A DNA stretch of 64,000 bases from an uncultured Candidatus Bathyarchaeia archaeon (GCA_964495315.1 CAZBVH010000001.1:11248-75247); one strand, 5' to 3'. Numbered from the stretch's first letter, positions 28,339 to 38,435 are shown. Numbers and translations are program-made. Notes: generated from the sequence alone by a model not told the origin.

Positions 28339-29322
28339 CTATTCGAGAGGGTTTCCTGTCTTCTCTGCTTCTTTGATCAGCTTAGGGGGCCATCTTCCGA
28401 AGATTTGGGATGCTAGCTCAAGTTGCTCCTCTTCGAGAGGGTTCTTTCCGCACTGTTGATGTATGAAGGCGTCCAGCCAGAGGGGCTCATCACAGTAGTA
28501 GATCAGTCCCATTCTCTCCAGCGCGTCGTATTTGTAGCCGAAGACTGCTTTGTATCTCCCTGTCTCCTTGCCAATGTTGTAGCTGAGCGAGTTTACGCCT
28601 TCAACCATGCCTACGAGATTGAAGATCGACCTGTAGATCTTATTGATGTCTGCGATGTTCTGTGCCAGGTCTTCGCTGGCTTTGCCGTGATAAGCACGAA
28701 GCCTAGAGCCGTATCCCACATGCTCAGGTATAAGTCCAAACATGTTCTTCATACACAGCGTAAAGAAGACCTTGAACTTCGCCAGGCTGATGAATGTGCC
28801 TGTCCTACGCGCATACAGCTTCGTGGGGAGGAAACTGTACAATTCGCTCCTTAACACAGGGGGATGCCTACTTTCAACAATGCCCTTCACGATCTCTCTG
28901 TCGACAGTCCTCCCATCCAAGACTTCCTCAGCAATGTTGACGTACTCTGTTCCGAGTTCCTCAATCACTTTCTTGATCCCGGTTCTCTCCAAGAAGTCTT
29001 CTTCAGATTCCCTTACACGCTTCCTCTCATAATCTGAGAGCCTCATGCCTAGCTTGAGATCGCTTAGAACGGTCGAGTTCCTCAGGGAGTAAGATTCGAC
29101 AAGGACAACCTCTCCCTGTGTATGGAGAAACCTTAACATCCATTCCAATATGCGTGGATCTGTGAAGTGGCAAGGGTCATCGCATATCCAGTTGGGCTTC
29201 ACGATGAAAGGCTGCTTCAACCGCAGAGAACTCATGAAACCAGAGAACTCCTCCCAAGTATGAATGTCATCCATGATCAGCCGTTTTCCCTCAAACTCAA
29301 ACTTCTCATGCATGCCAGACAC
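28339..29322 (-). CDS. DUF362-like protein (second paralog)
   Basis: PFIVKPNW and KFKVFFTLCMKNMFGLIP...H motifs parallel those of the DUF362 protein at 841..2058. Confidence 0.5.
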   Translation of the reverse strand: MSGMHEKFEFEGKRLIMDDIHTWEEFSGFMSSLRLKQPFIVKPNWICDDPCHFTDPRILEWMLRFLHTQGEVVLVESYSLRNSTVLSDLKLGMRLSDYERKRVRESEEDFLERTGIKKVIEELGTEYVNIAEEVLDGRTVDREIVKGIVESRHPPVLRSELYSFLPTKLYARRTGTFISLAKFKVFFTLCMKNMFGLIPEHVGYGSRLRAYHGKASEDLAQNIADINKIYRSIFNLVGMVEGVNSLSYNIGKETGRYKAVFGYKYDALERMGLIYYCDEPLWLDAFIHQQCGKNPLEEEQLELASQIFGRWPPKLIKEAEKTGNPLE

Positions 29323-29517
29323 CTCAATGTCTCAACTCATTCGCTCTTCGCATATTTGTCTTGGTGGGTCTCCTTCAACAATTGCAGTGCTCCCAGCCCT
29401 AACACATCCTGCTTTCATGCTATCACACATGAGAACAATACCTCGTACATGCCCGTCATCTGTGTAACCTGCCTTCCAATTCTGTTGGCAGATAGTGCAG
29501 GGAGAGATCTGTAAGGT

Positions 29518-30033
29518 GTGTATCTGATTAGGCTTTTATCCAAAACTTGCTTAGTTCCACTGCATAGCCGAGGTGGCGCGGCGAGCTATGCGCCGCTCAC
29601 CTACCACTCACGAAGAGGCAAAGAAGAGGCTTCGGTGGAACCTGCGATGAGAAAAAGAGTTTGGTGTGAGAACTGCTACCGAAGAAATAACCTGGACATG
29701 CATGTTGACGACTGGGATGAGCGTTTCCTGTCCCAGATAGACTCGAAGACCTATGTGGAGATGTTGAAGCTCGGCAATGTCAAGTTGGCGATGGTTTCTG
29801 CGAGCTCCCATGTGGGCAAGTGTTCCTATCCTACCCGGGTAGGTCAGATGCATAAGGGTATCAAGGGCAGAGACGTGCTGGGTGAGATCATCGACCTAGC
29901 CCACAAGGCAGGCATCTTCTGGACGCTCAGATCACCAGCGCCATTGAACCCTGAATGCTCTGAAGTATTGGGCAGTCCTTGCCTGTCTTACGCCAATTCT
30001 GCTATGCATCACAGGCGCTTGTATTTTTGGTAG
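29518..30033 (+). pseudogene. Truncated glycoside hydrolase remnant (alpha-L-fucosidase/GH29-like N-terminal region)
   Basis: DDWDERF...YVEMLKLGNVKLAMVSASSHVGKCSYPT...GRDVLGEIIDLAHKAGIF parallels the GH29 N-terminal TIM-barrel start. The frame then degenerates and runs into the convergent rraA-like gene. About 150 of the expected 450 aa remain. Confidence 0.35.
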
Positions 30034-30698
30034 ACTTCATCGATCGAGACTCCAGAAGCGAGGGCCTTGCGTGTATCCTCCTCACGTGCTTCTGTCTCTT
30101 CAGCCTTAACTAAGACTCGCTGAGCCATCTCTTGGGGTATTGCAATTACACCGTCCATGTCTCCTACAATCCAGTCGCCCGGGTTCACTGCAACCTCAGC
30201 GGTGAGGGTTCCACTCATACATATGGGAATCTGGAAGTCTTGGGGTCTCCATCGTCTGAGTGACTCGATGGGACTGGTGTAGCGGACGAACACAGGCCAG
30301 TCCGGGATTTTGAGAAGGCCTCTTCCATCCCTGATCCCGCCATCGATGACTATTCCGACAGCCCCATGTTGCTTCGAGGTGTAGCTCATCATCTCGCCCC
30401 AGTGTCCGCAACAGGATTCCTTCTCAGCGTCAACAACTACGACATTATTGGGTCTTATCGCTTTCAGCATCCCGAAATTCTCAAACTTGGGGCTCGTGCT
30501 TCCGGTTCTTGGGTCTCTTGAACCTTGCACTGTGAAGGCTTGACCGGCTACGTGCATGTCGTAGCATAGCGGCTTTATCGCGAGTGACAGGCACTGGTTT
30601 CCATATCCCATCGAGTCCAAGGTATCATATATGGTGGCTGTAGGGATCTTCCTATATCGTTCAGCCATCTCCTTTGCGCCGATCTCTTCTTCGACCAA
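30009..30698 (-). CDS. RraA-family protein (class II 4-hydroxy-2-oxoacid aldolase / oxaloacetate decarboxylase-like)
   Basis: 229 aa with the RraA/MenG-like fold pattern (ATIYDTLDSMG...VVVVDAEKE...GIVIDGGIRD). Confidence 0.8.
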   Translation of the reverse strand: MVEEEIGAKEMAERYRKIPTATIYDTLDSMGYGNQCLSLAIKPLCYDMHVAGQAFTVQGSRDPRTGSTSPKFENFGMLKAIRPNNVVVVDAEKESCCGHWGEMMSYTSKQHGAVGIVIDGGIRDGRGLLKIPDWPVFVRYTSPIESLRRWRPQDFQIPICMSGTLTAEVAVNPGDWIVGDMDGVIAIPQEMAQRVLVKAEETEAREEDTRKALASGVSIDEVYQKYKRL

Positions 30699-30880
30699 TC
30701 CACCTTCCTCCCAACAGAGCTTGAAAGCATGAATACATATCCTGCACCGTTCAAAAAACTCTTTGGCTTAAAAGTAGACAGTATATCGAAGCGGCTGAGG
30801 CATATGCCAGGGGTGTCTTCAATCTGAGAATAGTTGACTTACGGACTGCCAAACTTGACGTAGGTTTCAAAGAGATACTG

Positions 30881-31963
30881 GTGAAGGTCTACACCGACGA
30901 GGAGATCACGGGTCTCGGAGAAGCCTACTGGGGTGAAGGCGTTAGAGAGATCGTAAAGAGCGAAAGGATGAAACAGATCCTCTCAGGACAGAACCCCCTC
31001 GACGTAAACAGGCTTTTCACCAGGATGATCGACGCCATGTCAGGTGAAGGTTCGACAGCCGGAGCTACTGTGACAGCGATCAGCGGGATAGAACTGGCAT
31101 TATGGGACATAGTTGGAAAAAGCTTAGGCGCTCCCCTCTACCGGCTCCTCGGGGGAAAGTACCGCGACAAGGTAAGGATCTACGCGGACTGCCATGCCGG
31201 AGAGGTCGATGAACCGAAGTCCTGGGCTGAGAAAGCCTTGTCCGTCAGAGACATGGGATATACCGCCCTCAAATTCGATATAGACACTCCGGAGCACTGG
31301 AGAGAAGACTTCAATCGTTGCTTAACCAACACCGAGATACATACTCAGGCTGAGAAGGTCGCCGCCGTCAGGGAGGCCGTTGGGGATGACGCTGATCTCA
31401 TGATAGACTGCCACTGGAGGTACTCTCCCAAAGACGCGCTGAGGCTGGCGGATGCGCTGAAGGAGTACAACCTGCTATGGCTTGAAGACCCTATCCCTCC
31501 AGGTAACGTTGAGGCCATGCGGAAGGTCACCTCAATGAGTCCGATCCCGATATGCACTGGCGAGAACCTCTACCTCAAAAGCGGATTCAGAGAACTCATT
31601 GAGAAGCAGGCCGCGGACATCGTGTCTCCGGACATACCCAAGGTCGGCGGCGTCTCGGAGTTCAAGAGGATCGCCGATATGGCTGACACCTACTATGTTC
31701 CTGTCGCACCGCACAACATATCCTCCCCCATCGGAACAATTGCTGGGGTCCACGCCTGCGCCTCAATTAGCAATTTCCTCCTCCTAGAGGTTCACCACCT
31801 CGCCCGCGCACCTTGGTGGGAGGACTTGGTGAAAGGTGAGAAGCCCCTAATCAAAGATGGCTTCATCACCATCACGGAAAAGCCAGGGATAGGAGTAGAA
31901 CTTGACGAGAAAGAGGTCTCAAAGCATCTCATTGAAGCTGATGAGGGCTTCTTCGACGAATGA
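30881..31963 (+). CDS. Enolase-superfamily dehydratase (mandelate racemase/muconate lactonizing enzyme family)
   Basis: KVYTDEEITGLGEA N-domain motif; KFD, DCH and LEDP metal-binding and catalytic motifs. GTG start. Conserved N-terminal sequence continues upstream of the first canonical start (see findings). Confidence 0.85.
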   Translation: MKVYTDEEITGLGEAYWGEGVREIVKSERMKQILSGQNPLDVNRLFTRMIDAMSGEGSTAGATVTAISGIELALWDIVGKSLGAPLYRLLGGKYRDKVRIYADCHAGEVDEPKSWAEKALSVRDMGYTALKFDIDTPEHWREDFNRCLTNTEIHTQAEKVAAVREAVGDDADLMIDCHWRYSPKDALRLADALKEYNLLWLEDPIPPGNVEAMRKVTSMSPIPICTGENLYLKSGFRELIEKQAADIVSPDIPKVGGVSEFKRIADMADTYYVPVAPHNISSPIGTIAGVHACASISNFLLLEVHHLARAPWWEDLVKGEKPLIKDGFITITEKPGIGVELDEKEVSKHLIEADEGFFDE

Positions 31964-32025
31964 GGACAAAGAAGGCAATCTTGGGAGTTGCGAGAGCTGG
32001 ACGAACGTCGACTACGAGAAGGGTA

Positions 32026-32634
32026 TGGAGCTGAGTCTGTCTGATCTCTCTGATCGTGTTAGCTGCAGGTAAATCAACTAGGTTTGGGAAGAACAAGTTG
32101 CTCCACAAGATCGGAGGGCGTACGGTAATCGGACGTGTAGTCAAGAGTGCGCTGGGATCCGAAGCAGACGAGGTTATTCTGGTCGTCGGGCACGACGCAG
32201 AAAGAGTGGGAAGAGAAGTGTCCGGGGCAGAATGCAAGCTCGTCTACAACAGCGCGTTCGAGGAGGGGCAGAGTTCCTCAGTGAAAGTCGGCGTTACATC
32301 GGCAGCAGAAGACTCTGAGGCTGCAATGATACTTCCGGGAGACATCGCCTTGATCAGCTCGGAGGCGATAGACAAGGTAATCGAGGAGTACAGGAGAACA
32401 GGCGGTCCAATAGTTGTGGCGGCCTATCAAGGTAAGCATGGACACCCGATACTCCTCGATAGGAGCCTGTTCCGCGAGATCGCTCAGATAAACGAGGAAA
32501 CTCAAGGTCTGAAGGCTATAGTCAATAGGCATCGGAAACAGGTGAGACAGGTTGAGGTGGGGTCGCCGGAAGTGCTGTTTGACCTGGACACGGAGGAGGA
32601 TATCAGAAGGCTCTCTACTTTCTCTGAGGTCTGA
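32026..32634 (+). CDS. MobA/MocA-like molybdenum cofactor nucleotidyltransferase
   Basis: LAAGKSTRFG nucleotide-binding motif about 10 aa from the ATG at 32026 and the GT-A-like fold pattern. The ORF track starts at GTG 32056, but the frame is open back to ATG 32026 and to ATG 31960, which overlaps the upstream stop. Confidence 0.75.
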
Positions 32635-33475
32635 CGGTAGTCTTCTCTCGCAACGCCAACGACTCACCTGTACCGCCTCTATGAAGCTTCACTATCTCCG
32701 CCATTATGCTGACCGCTATCTCCTCCGGGGTTTCCCCACCGATATCCAAACCGATGGGTGCATAGACGCGTCTTATAGCATCCTCAGGAACGCCCTCTCT
32801 CCTCAATTTCTCGAACACTTTTCTAACCTTCGTCTGACTGCCTATCATCCCAACATAGGCGGCCTTCGAGGTGATGGTGCGCCTGAGAACAAGCTCGTCA
32901 AGTGCATGCCCTCTGGTGACTATGACCACGTATGTAGACGGTGTTATCTCCACTCTGCTCAACGCGTCATCGAAGTTCTGGCAGATCGCCATGTCGGCTT
33001 CCGGAAACCTCTCTCTATTCGCGTATTCCTTCCTGTCATCAAGTACCACAACGCGGAAACCAAGCATAGCGCCTAGCTTCGTGAGCGGCAACGCGATGTG
33101 TCCGCCTCCTGCTATCAGTAGCGTGGGCTTATTCCGAATGGGGTCTAGGAGCAACTCCATCTCACCTCCACACACCATACCGGTCTCAGCAGCTTCTCCC
33201 TCACCAAGAGAGTACGTCACAACTCTTGGCTCTCCCTTGCTAAGCACTTTTCGAGATTCGGATATGACAAGGGCTTCGATCTTACCTCCACCGATCGTAC
33301 CGAAAATGCCTCCACTCTCTCTCACTATCATCTTGGCACCCACTTCTCTTGGAACGGAGCCCCTAGTCTTCACCACGGTGACTAAGACAAATCTCTCACC
33401 GTTTGCCACCAACTCGTTAGCCTTCTGAAGGATTTCACTCATTGTTCTCCCTCTTCGCCCCTGAAAATGCATCAC
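32615..33475 (-). CDS. XdhC/CoxI-family molybdenum cofactor insertion chaperone
   Basis: N-terminal XdhC domain (FVLVTVVKTRGSVPREVGAKMIV...GTIGGG) and C-terminal Rossmann-like domain (LLIAGGGHIA). Confidence 0.8.
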   Translation of the reverse strand: MMHFQGRRGRTMSEILQKANELVANGERFVLVTVVKTRGSVPREVGAKMIVRESGGIFGTIGGGKIEALVISESRKVLSKGEPRVVTYSLGEGEAAETGMVCGGEMELLLDPIRNKPTLLIAGGGHIALPLTKLGAMLGFRVVVLDDRKEYANRERFPEADMAICQNFDDALSRVEITPSTYVVIVTRGHALDELVLRRTITSKAAYVGMIGSQTKVRKVFEKLRREGVPEDAIRRVYAPIGLDIGGETPEEIAVSIMAEIVKLHRGGTGESLALREKTTVRPQRK

Positions 33476-33570
33476 GCGTTAAAGTTGGCTGTTCTCGCCC
33501 AAATCCTTCATGTTCCCCTCGATGCGATACGAGATCAGGTCTTCTGGATACAACTCTAATATCCTCGGTA

Positions 33571-34851
33571 TCAAGCCCAAGACAAACCAGGCACAAGATT
33601 GACGTCGACTTCTTCATCTCTCTCAAGCACGGTCTTTCCTGGAGGTGCGATCACGAAGCCGTCTGCTTCCACCAATGTCCTCAGCAGAGAGGAGTCTCCC
33701 ATGATCGGTCTTGCCAGCCAGTCCCCAGATCTTTTTTCGAATCTGACGAGGACTACCCTCTCGAATTCTCCTGATCCGTCAAACACTACTTCTTCGCTCA
33801 TCCTTGCCTTGATCGCGGCAAGGTGGTTCTCTTCTGATATCCCACTCAACATGCGCATCAACGGGATGGCGAAGGTGTAGAAGCCGACGAGAGTGGATTG
33901 GATATGTCCAGGCAGCATCACGATCGGCTTACCTCTCACGACGCCTACCCCCGAAACTCTTCCTGGTCTCCTCTTTATCCCGTGGACAATCACCATCGAA
34001 TCTTCAGACTGATTGATGGCATCTGGAACGTAATCCCGATCGCCCACCGAGCAACCGCCTATGGTTATCAAGAGATCTCCTTTTTCTAGACCCTCAACTA
34101 TCTTCTCTCTTGTGATGGATACGTCGTCCGGGGTGATGCCCATATCAACTGGTATTCCGCCTAGTCTGGTCACTAATCTTGCGATTGTGTGGCTGTGACT
34201 CTGGATAGTCTTCCCGTCCTTCTTCTCTTCGATATCCTCAACTAACTCATTCCCGCTTGAGATTATGGGGACGATTGGTCTACGGACGATCTTGACAGCT
34301 TTGACTCCTAGGGCGGCGAGAAGCCCCTCATCTTGGGCTCTCAGAATCCTCCCTTTCGATAGTATCCTTTCTCCTCTTTTCACATCCTCACCCCTAGGAA
34401 TCACATTCTCACCGACGCGCAGGGGATCACATATCTGAATTGAGGTCCTTCCAGATGGGACGACCTGCTCCTCCATAACGACCGCATCCGCTCCTTTGGG
34501 CAAGGACCCGCCAGTTGGAACCTTGCAGGTCTCTTCCTCGTGGAGTTCACAGCTCACTCTCTCCCCGAGCTGTATCTCACCCTTGACTCTCAACAAGACC
34601 GGGGTGTCCGATGACGCGCCGTAAGTATCCTTTGCTCTGACGGCAAAGCCATCGAATCGTGAGCAATCTCGTTCGGGGAGATCCATAGGAGCTATTACAT
34701 CCTCGGCGAGGACTCGGCCGAACGTATCGCTGGTTTGGGCCGATTCCGAATCCAAGGCTTTCGGGCGAATAATCCTGATAACCTGCCTTAAGGCTTCTGC
34801 AGGGGTTACATAGTTGAGTTTCCTTCTCATGTCTTGTCTCACCCGACCCAA
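33571..34851 (-). CDS. moeA: Molybdopterin molybdenumtransferase MoeA
   Basis: 426 aa. MoeA N-terminal, MPT-binding (GGxS...GDxD-like) and C-terminal domains are colinear. Confidence 0.85.
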   Translation of the reverse strand: MGRVRQDMRRKLNYVTPAEALRQVIRIIRPKALDSESAQTSDTFGRVLAEDVIAPMDLPERDCSRFDGFAVRAKDTYGASSDTPVLLRVKGEIQLGERVSCELHEEETCKVPTGGSLPKGADAVVMEEQVVPSGRTSIQICDPLRVGENVIPRGEDVKRGERILSKGRILRAQDEGLLAALGVKAVKIVRRPIVPIISSGNELVEDIEEKKDGKTIQSHSHTIARLVTRLGGIPVDMGITPDDVSITREKIVEGLEKGDLLITIGGCSVGDRDYVPDAINQSEDSMVIVHGIKRRPGRVSGVGVVRGKPIVMLPGHIQSTLVGFYTFAIPLMRMLSGISEENHLAAIKARMSEEVVFDGSGEFERVVLVRFEKRSGDWLARPIMGDSSLLRTLVEADGFVIAPPGKTVLERDEEVDVNLVPGLSWA

Positions 34852-34957
34852 GCGCTTTCTGCTCAGGAATATCTCAGCCTTACCCTGATCCTAGGGGATA
34901 GATGCCTACTTACAATTCTAGCGCAAGAGTTTCAAATATCTATCACTCAGTCAACGA

Positions 34958-36187
34958 TTGTCTGGGCTGATTACTATGTTACTGAACAGGAGAAGGGCAG
35001 AGAAGAAAATGGAGCAACACGGTCTTGACGCTCTGGTCGCGACCTCACCTGCCAACGTTCTTTACGCGAGTGATCTTTGCTCAAGAAACTGTTTTGTCTT
35101 ACTACCATATGAACGAGGAGTAGAGCCGGCTCTCATCGCCTCGATCTCCGGTCCTACACCGGTTGTTCTCATGTCTCCCCCTCACATACGCGACGTACGG
35201 TATTATGGGGAGTTCTACACAGTGGTACCCAAGGTTAAGGGGGGATTCACCAATGCTGAACGAGAGTTGATCAAAGCCCAGGAATCTTGGGATAGAACAA
35301 AGATAGCAGACCCAATTGAGATCTTGATCAACCTACTGGAAGAACGAGGCATAACAAAGGGTAGGATCGGTTTAGATGAATCGGCACTGCCCTATCAACA
35401 CCCGTCTTGGCAAGAGATCAGGCGCAGACTGCCCAAACTTGAGGTCGTCCCCGCAGAAAGAATACTCAGGGAAATACGCATGGTCAAATCTGAGGAAGAG
35501 ATCAGGCGGATAAAGGAAGCGGTAAGGATCACGGAGAAGGCTTGGCAGACCGCTCTGGAAGAGGCACGTACGGGGATTACTGAGAGAGCGTTCGCAGGGA
35601 TATACGAGCATACCATTATCTCAGAGGGAGGCAGACTCACATCTTGGATGGGCATGTATGGATCACCCATCGCGTTTGGACGCCGAACCGCCTTTGTAGA
35701 CATCGCGTTACCTTCCGACTACAAACTGAAAAAGGGAGACATCCTGCGTCTTGACGGCGGCTGCAGTTATATGGGCTATTCTTGCGACATGGGGCGCAGC
35801 GCGGTTCTCGGGCAACCCGGTGAGAAGACGCTGAAGTATTGGAATGCTATCTTTGAAGGAGAGAAGCTAGCCATTGGCATGGCGGAGCCAGGTGCTGAGG
35901 CTTCAGTGATATTCAACTCGGTAGTTGAAAAAGTCAGGAAGAGCGGAATACCCGAGTACAAGCGGCATCACACTGGTCATGGATGGGGTATCGAACACTA
36001 CGATCCGCCGCTTATCGGCCCCAATGATCACACCCAACTCGAGGAGGGGATGGTGTTGTGTTTCGAGACCCCATACTATGAAGTTGGGTGGGGTGGACTA
36101 TTGCACGAAGACATCGTGGTGATCACCGAGAGCAAACCTCGTTACCTCACAAAGTTCGAGGGAGAACTACGCATAATGAAAGAATAG
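34958..36187 (+). CDS. M24-family metallopeptidase (Xaa-Pro aminopeptidase/creatinase-like)
   Basis: Creatinase-like N-domain followed by a pita-bread domain with HTGHGWGIEHYDPP and the EEGMVLCFE metal ligands. Confidence 0.8.
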   Translation: MSGLITMLLNRRRAEKKMEQHGLDALVATSPANVLYASDLCSRNCFVLLPYERGVEPALIASISGPTPVVLMSPPHIRDVRYYGEFYTVVPKVKGGFTNAERELIKAQESWDRTKIADPIEILINLLEERGITKGRIGLDESALPYQHPSWQEIRRRLPKLEVVPAERILREIRMVKSEEEIRRIKEAVRITEKAWQTALEEARTGITERAFAGIYEHTIISEGGRLTSWMGMYGSPIAFGRRTAFVDIALPSDYKLKKGDILRLDGGCSYMGYSCDMGRSAVLGQPGEKTLKYWNAIFEGEKLAIGMAEPGAEASVIFNSVVEKVRKSGIPEYKRHHTGHGWGIEHYDPPLIGPNDHTQLEEGMVLCFETPYYEVGWGGLLHEDIVVITESKPRYLTKFEGELRIMKE

Positions 36188-36284
36188 CTTTCCAGCTATC
36201 CGTTTGGGAGGCACCTTTTCCGGGCGTACGAGTGCGCAGAAAGGCTTCCTATAAATATCCTCCTGCCACAAGGTAGGAAACTGC

Positions 36285-37298
36285 ATGAGATCCTCAAGTA
36301 TTGACTTCGGTATATCGGAACCTCGTGGACGCGACATCGACATTATAGCGTTTGCCAAGGCGGCTGAGAGGCTTGGCTTCAACTCTATTCATGTGCGTGA
36401 CCACGTCTCCGCGCCCTTCGAGCCATTAACAATTCTAACGGCCATAGCCATGAAGACGGAGAAGTTGAAGGTTGCCACAAGCGTACTCGATATGAACCGG
36501 CGTAATCCAGCAATCACAGCACATATGACATCCACACTAGACCACCTTTCAGGCGGCCGGCTGATCCTTGGCGTCGGCTGTGGCATATGGAATTGGCCCA
36601 CCTACAACGTACCAAACATAGGAGACAAAGGGAGACTGAAGGTCAGCAGAAAGGTAACCAGAGCGAGAGAGGCCATCGAGGTCCTCAAGAAGTTCTGGAC
36701 TGAGCCGTCCGTCACGTACAAAGGAAGGTTCTATGGCTTTGAGGACGCCTCGATTGCAACGAAACCACTGCAGAGACCACATCCTCCCATCTGGGTTGCA
36801 GGGTACGGCAGGCGAATGAAGAGGATAGCTGCCGAGCTTGGAGACGGGTTCATCACTCAAACGATGCCACCAACAATGTACAAGGAGGAGGTCGAAAGTG
36901 TGAGATGCTCTGCAAAGGCGGCCGGTAGAGATCCGATGAAGATCAAGGGCATACTTGCAGCAATGACCGGGATCGGGCGGACCCATGATGAGGCTGTGGA
37001 GTCGATCAAGAAGGAAGCACAGAGCCTACTATTCCGTTCTGCTAGAGACCATGCTGACCATCACAACAGGTTGGCTGAACGGTTGGGCTACGGTGAGCCG
37101 CTTCCTTGGAAGAGACCGGAGGATATCTCTTCTGAGGACATAGGTCAAGTCTACCTCATCGGAACCCCTGAGGAGATCATCACACGTATAGAAGAGTACC
37201 TGAAAGGTGGAATGAGCTACCTCATCGTTATGGGTCCACAAACAACGGATAGCCTGAAACTCTTCTCCAATAAAGTCATATCATCCTTCAAGGATTAG
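36285..37298 (+). CDS. LLM-class flavin/F420-dependent oxidoreductase
   Basis: Luciferase-like monooxygenase TIM-barrel pattern (FAKAAERLGFNSIHVRDH...LGVGCG). Confidence 0.8.
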   Translation: MRSSSIDFGISEPRGRDIDIIAFAKAAERLGFNSIHVRDHVSAPFEPLTILTAIAMKTEKLKVATSVLDMNRRNPAITAHMTSTLDHLSGGRLILGVGCGIWNWPTYNVPNIGDKGRLKVSRKVTRAREAIEVLKKFWTEPSVTYKGRFYGFEDASIATKPLQRPHPPIWVAGYGRRMKRIAAELGDGFITQTMPPTMYKEEVESVRCSAKAAGRDPMKIKGILAAMTGIGRTHDEAVESIKKEAQSLLFRSARDHADHHNRLAERLGYGEPLPWKRPEDISSEDIGQVYLIGTPEEIITRIEEYLKGGMSYLIVMGPQTTDSLKLFSNKVISSFKD

Positions 37299-37399
37299 AA
37301 GTGCGAAGAACCCTCGTTCTGTCGTGGTCTACTGGCAGGTGTGATGGAGCGAAACTCATCGTAAACATATCAACACTTTGTACTCGGCGTGTGGTGAAT

Positions 37400-38356
37400 A
37401 TGCAGGTCGCAAACGGTGTGCTGGATCTAATTGGTAAGACACCTATGGTGAAACTGAACAGCCTCACGAAAGGCATTGAGGCAAACGTACTTGTCAAGTT
37501 GGAATACCTCAACCCAAGTGGAAGTCTGAAGGATAGGATCGCGCTTGAGATGATCGAGCGCGCAGAGGAGAAAGGGATCCTGAAGCCTGGTTACACGATC
37601 GTTGAAGCCAGCACAGGAAATACTGGGATCGCACTCTCACTTGTTGGTACCCTGAAAGGGTACAGAGTAGTCATATACGAGACGATACCTGGGAGAATGG
37701 GAGAGGAGAAGATAAAGATCATGAGGAACTACGGTGCAGAGGTTAAACTGATAACTCCAGAGCAGCGGGAAAGAGAAAGGAGTGTGCCTGGGGCAGAGAT
37801 CGAGCTTCCCGGTAGACAGATGTGCCTGGAGTTGGAGCGGAGCAACCCGAAGGTCTGGTGGGCGCGACAATTCAGCAACCCTGACAACACAAGGGCCCAC
37901 AACAAGACGGGTAGGGAGATCCTAGCTCAAACTGATGGTAAGGTCCACGCCTTTGTCGGCTCCATAGGTACAGGTGGAACACTGATGGGCATAGCTGAGG
38001 TGCTGAAAAAGGAATTGCCGAACATAAGGGTTGTCGGGATCCAGCCCTCAAGCTCCAAAGTTGCCATCACTCCAGGCGAACCCTACCCTAGAAGTGAGAT
38101 AAAGGGCGGCATCGTCTCCGATATGACGGAGAGACGCAATCTGATCGATGAGGTGGTAAAGGTCAGCGACGAGGACGCTGTAGAGATAACTCGTCGGCTT
38201 TGGAAAGAAGAGGGGCTATTTGCAGGGGTATCGTCGGGAGCCAACGTACTCGTCGCAATAAGGGAGGCCGAAAGACTAGGGGAAGGAAAGAATGTAGTAA
38301 CCGTCCTGCCTGATAGCGGAGACAGATACCTAACAGAGCAACACTACGTTACCTAG
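37400..38356 (+). CDS. PLP-dependent cysteine synthase/CBS-like enzyme, paralog 2 (start set at MQVANG)
   Basis: NPSGSLKDR Lys-PLP motif, STGNTG loop and GVSSGAN. The ORF track start at 37301 adds 33 non-conserved residues and overlaps the LLM gene's stop. Confidence 0.8.
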   Translation: MQVANGVLDLIGKTPMVKLNSLTKGIEANVLVKLEYLNPSGSLKDRIALEMIERAEEKGILKPGYTIVEASTGNTGIALSLVGTLKGYRVVIYETIPGRMGEEKIKIMRNYGAEVKLITPEQRERERSVPGAEIELPGRQMCLELERSNPKVWWARQFSNPDNTRAHNKTGREILAQTDGKVHAFVGSIGTGGTLMGIAEVLKKELPNIRVVGIQPSSSKVAITPGEPYPRSEIKGGIVSDMTERRNLIDEVVKVSDEDAVEITRRLWKEEGLFAGVSSGANVLVAIREAERLGEGKNVVTVLPDSGDRYLTEQHYVT

Positions 38357-38435
38357 AAAGACGTCAAAGTCCAATCATGGCCCTCGCGGGAAACCGGATG
38401 CCAGCCCTCCAAAGCCACTATTGACCGGATCTACC

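Noticed and set aside
29565-29600. GC-rich hairpin GCGGCG-agctatg-CGCCGC
   Set aside because: It lies inside the degraded glycosidase remnant with no T-tract. It is probably incidental rather than a terminator or regulatory element.
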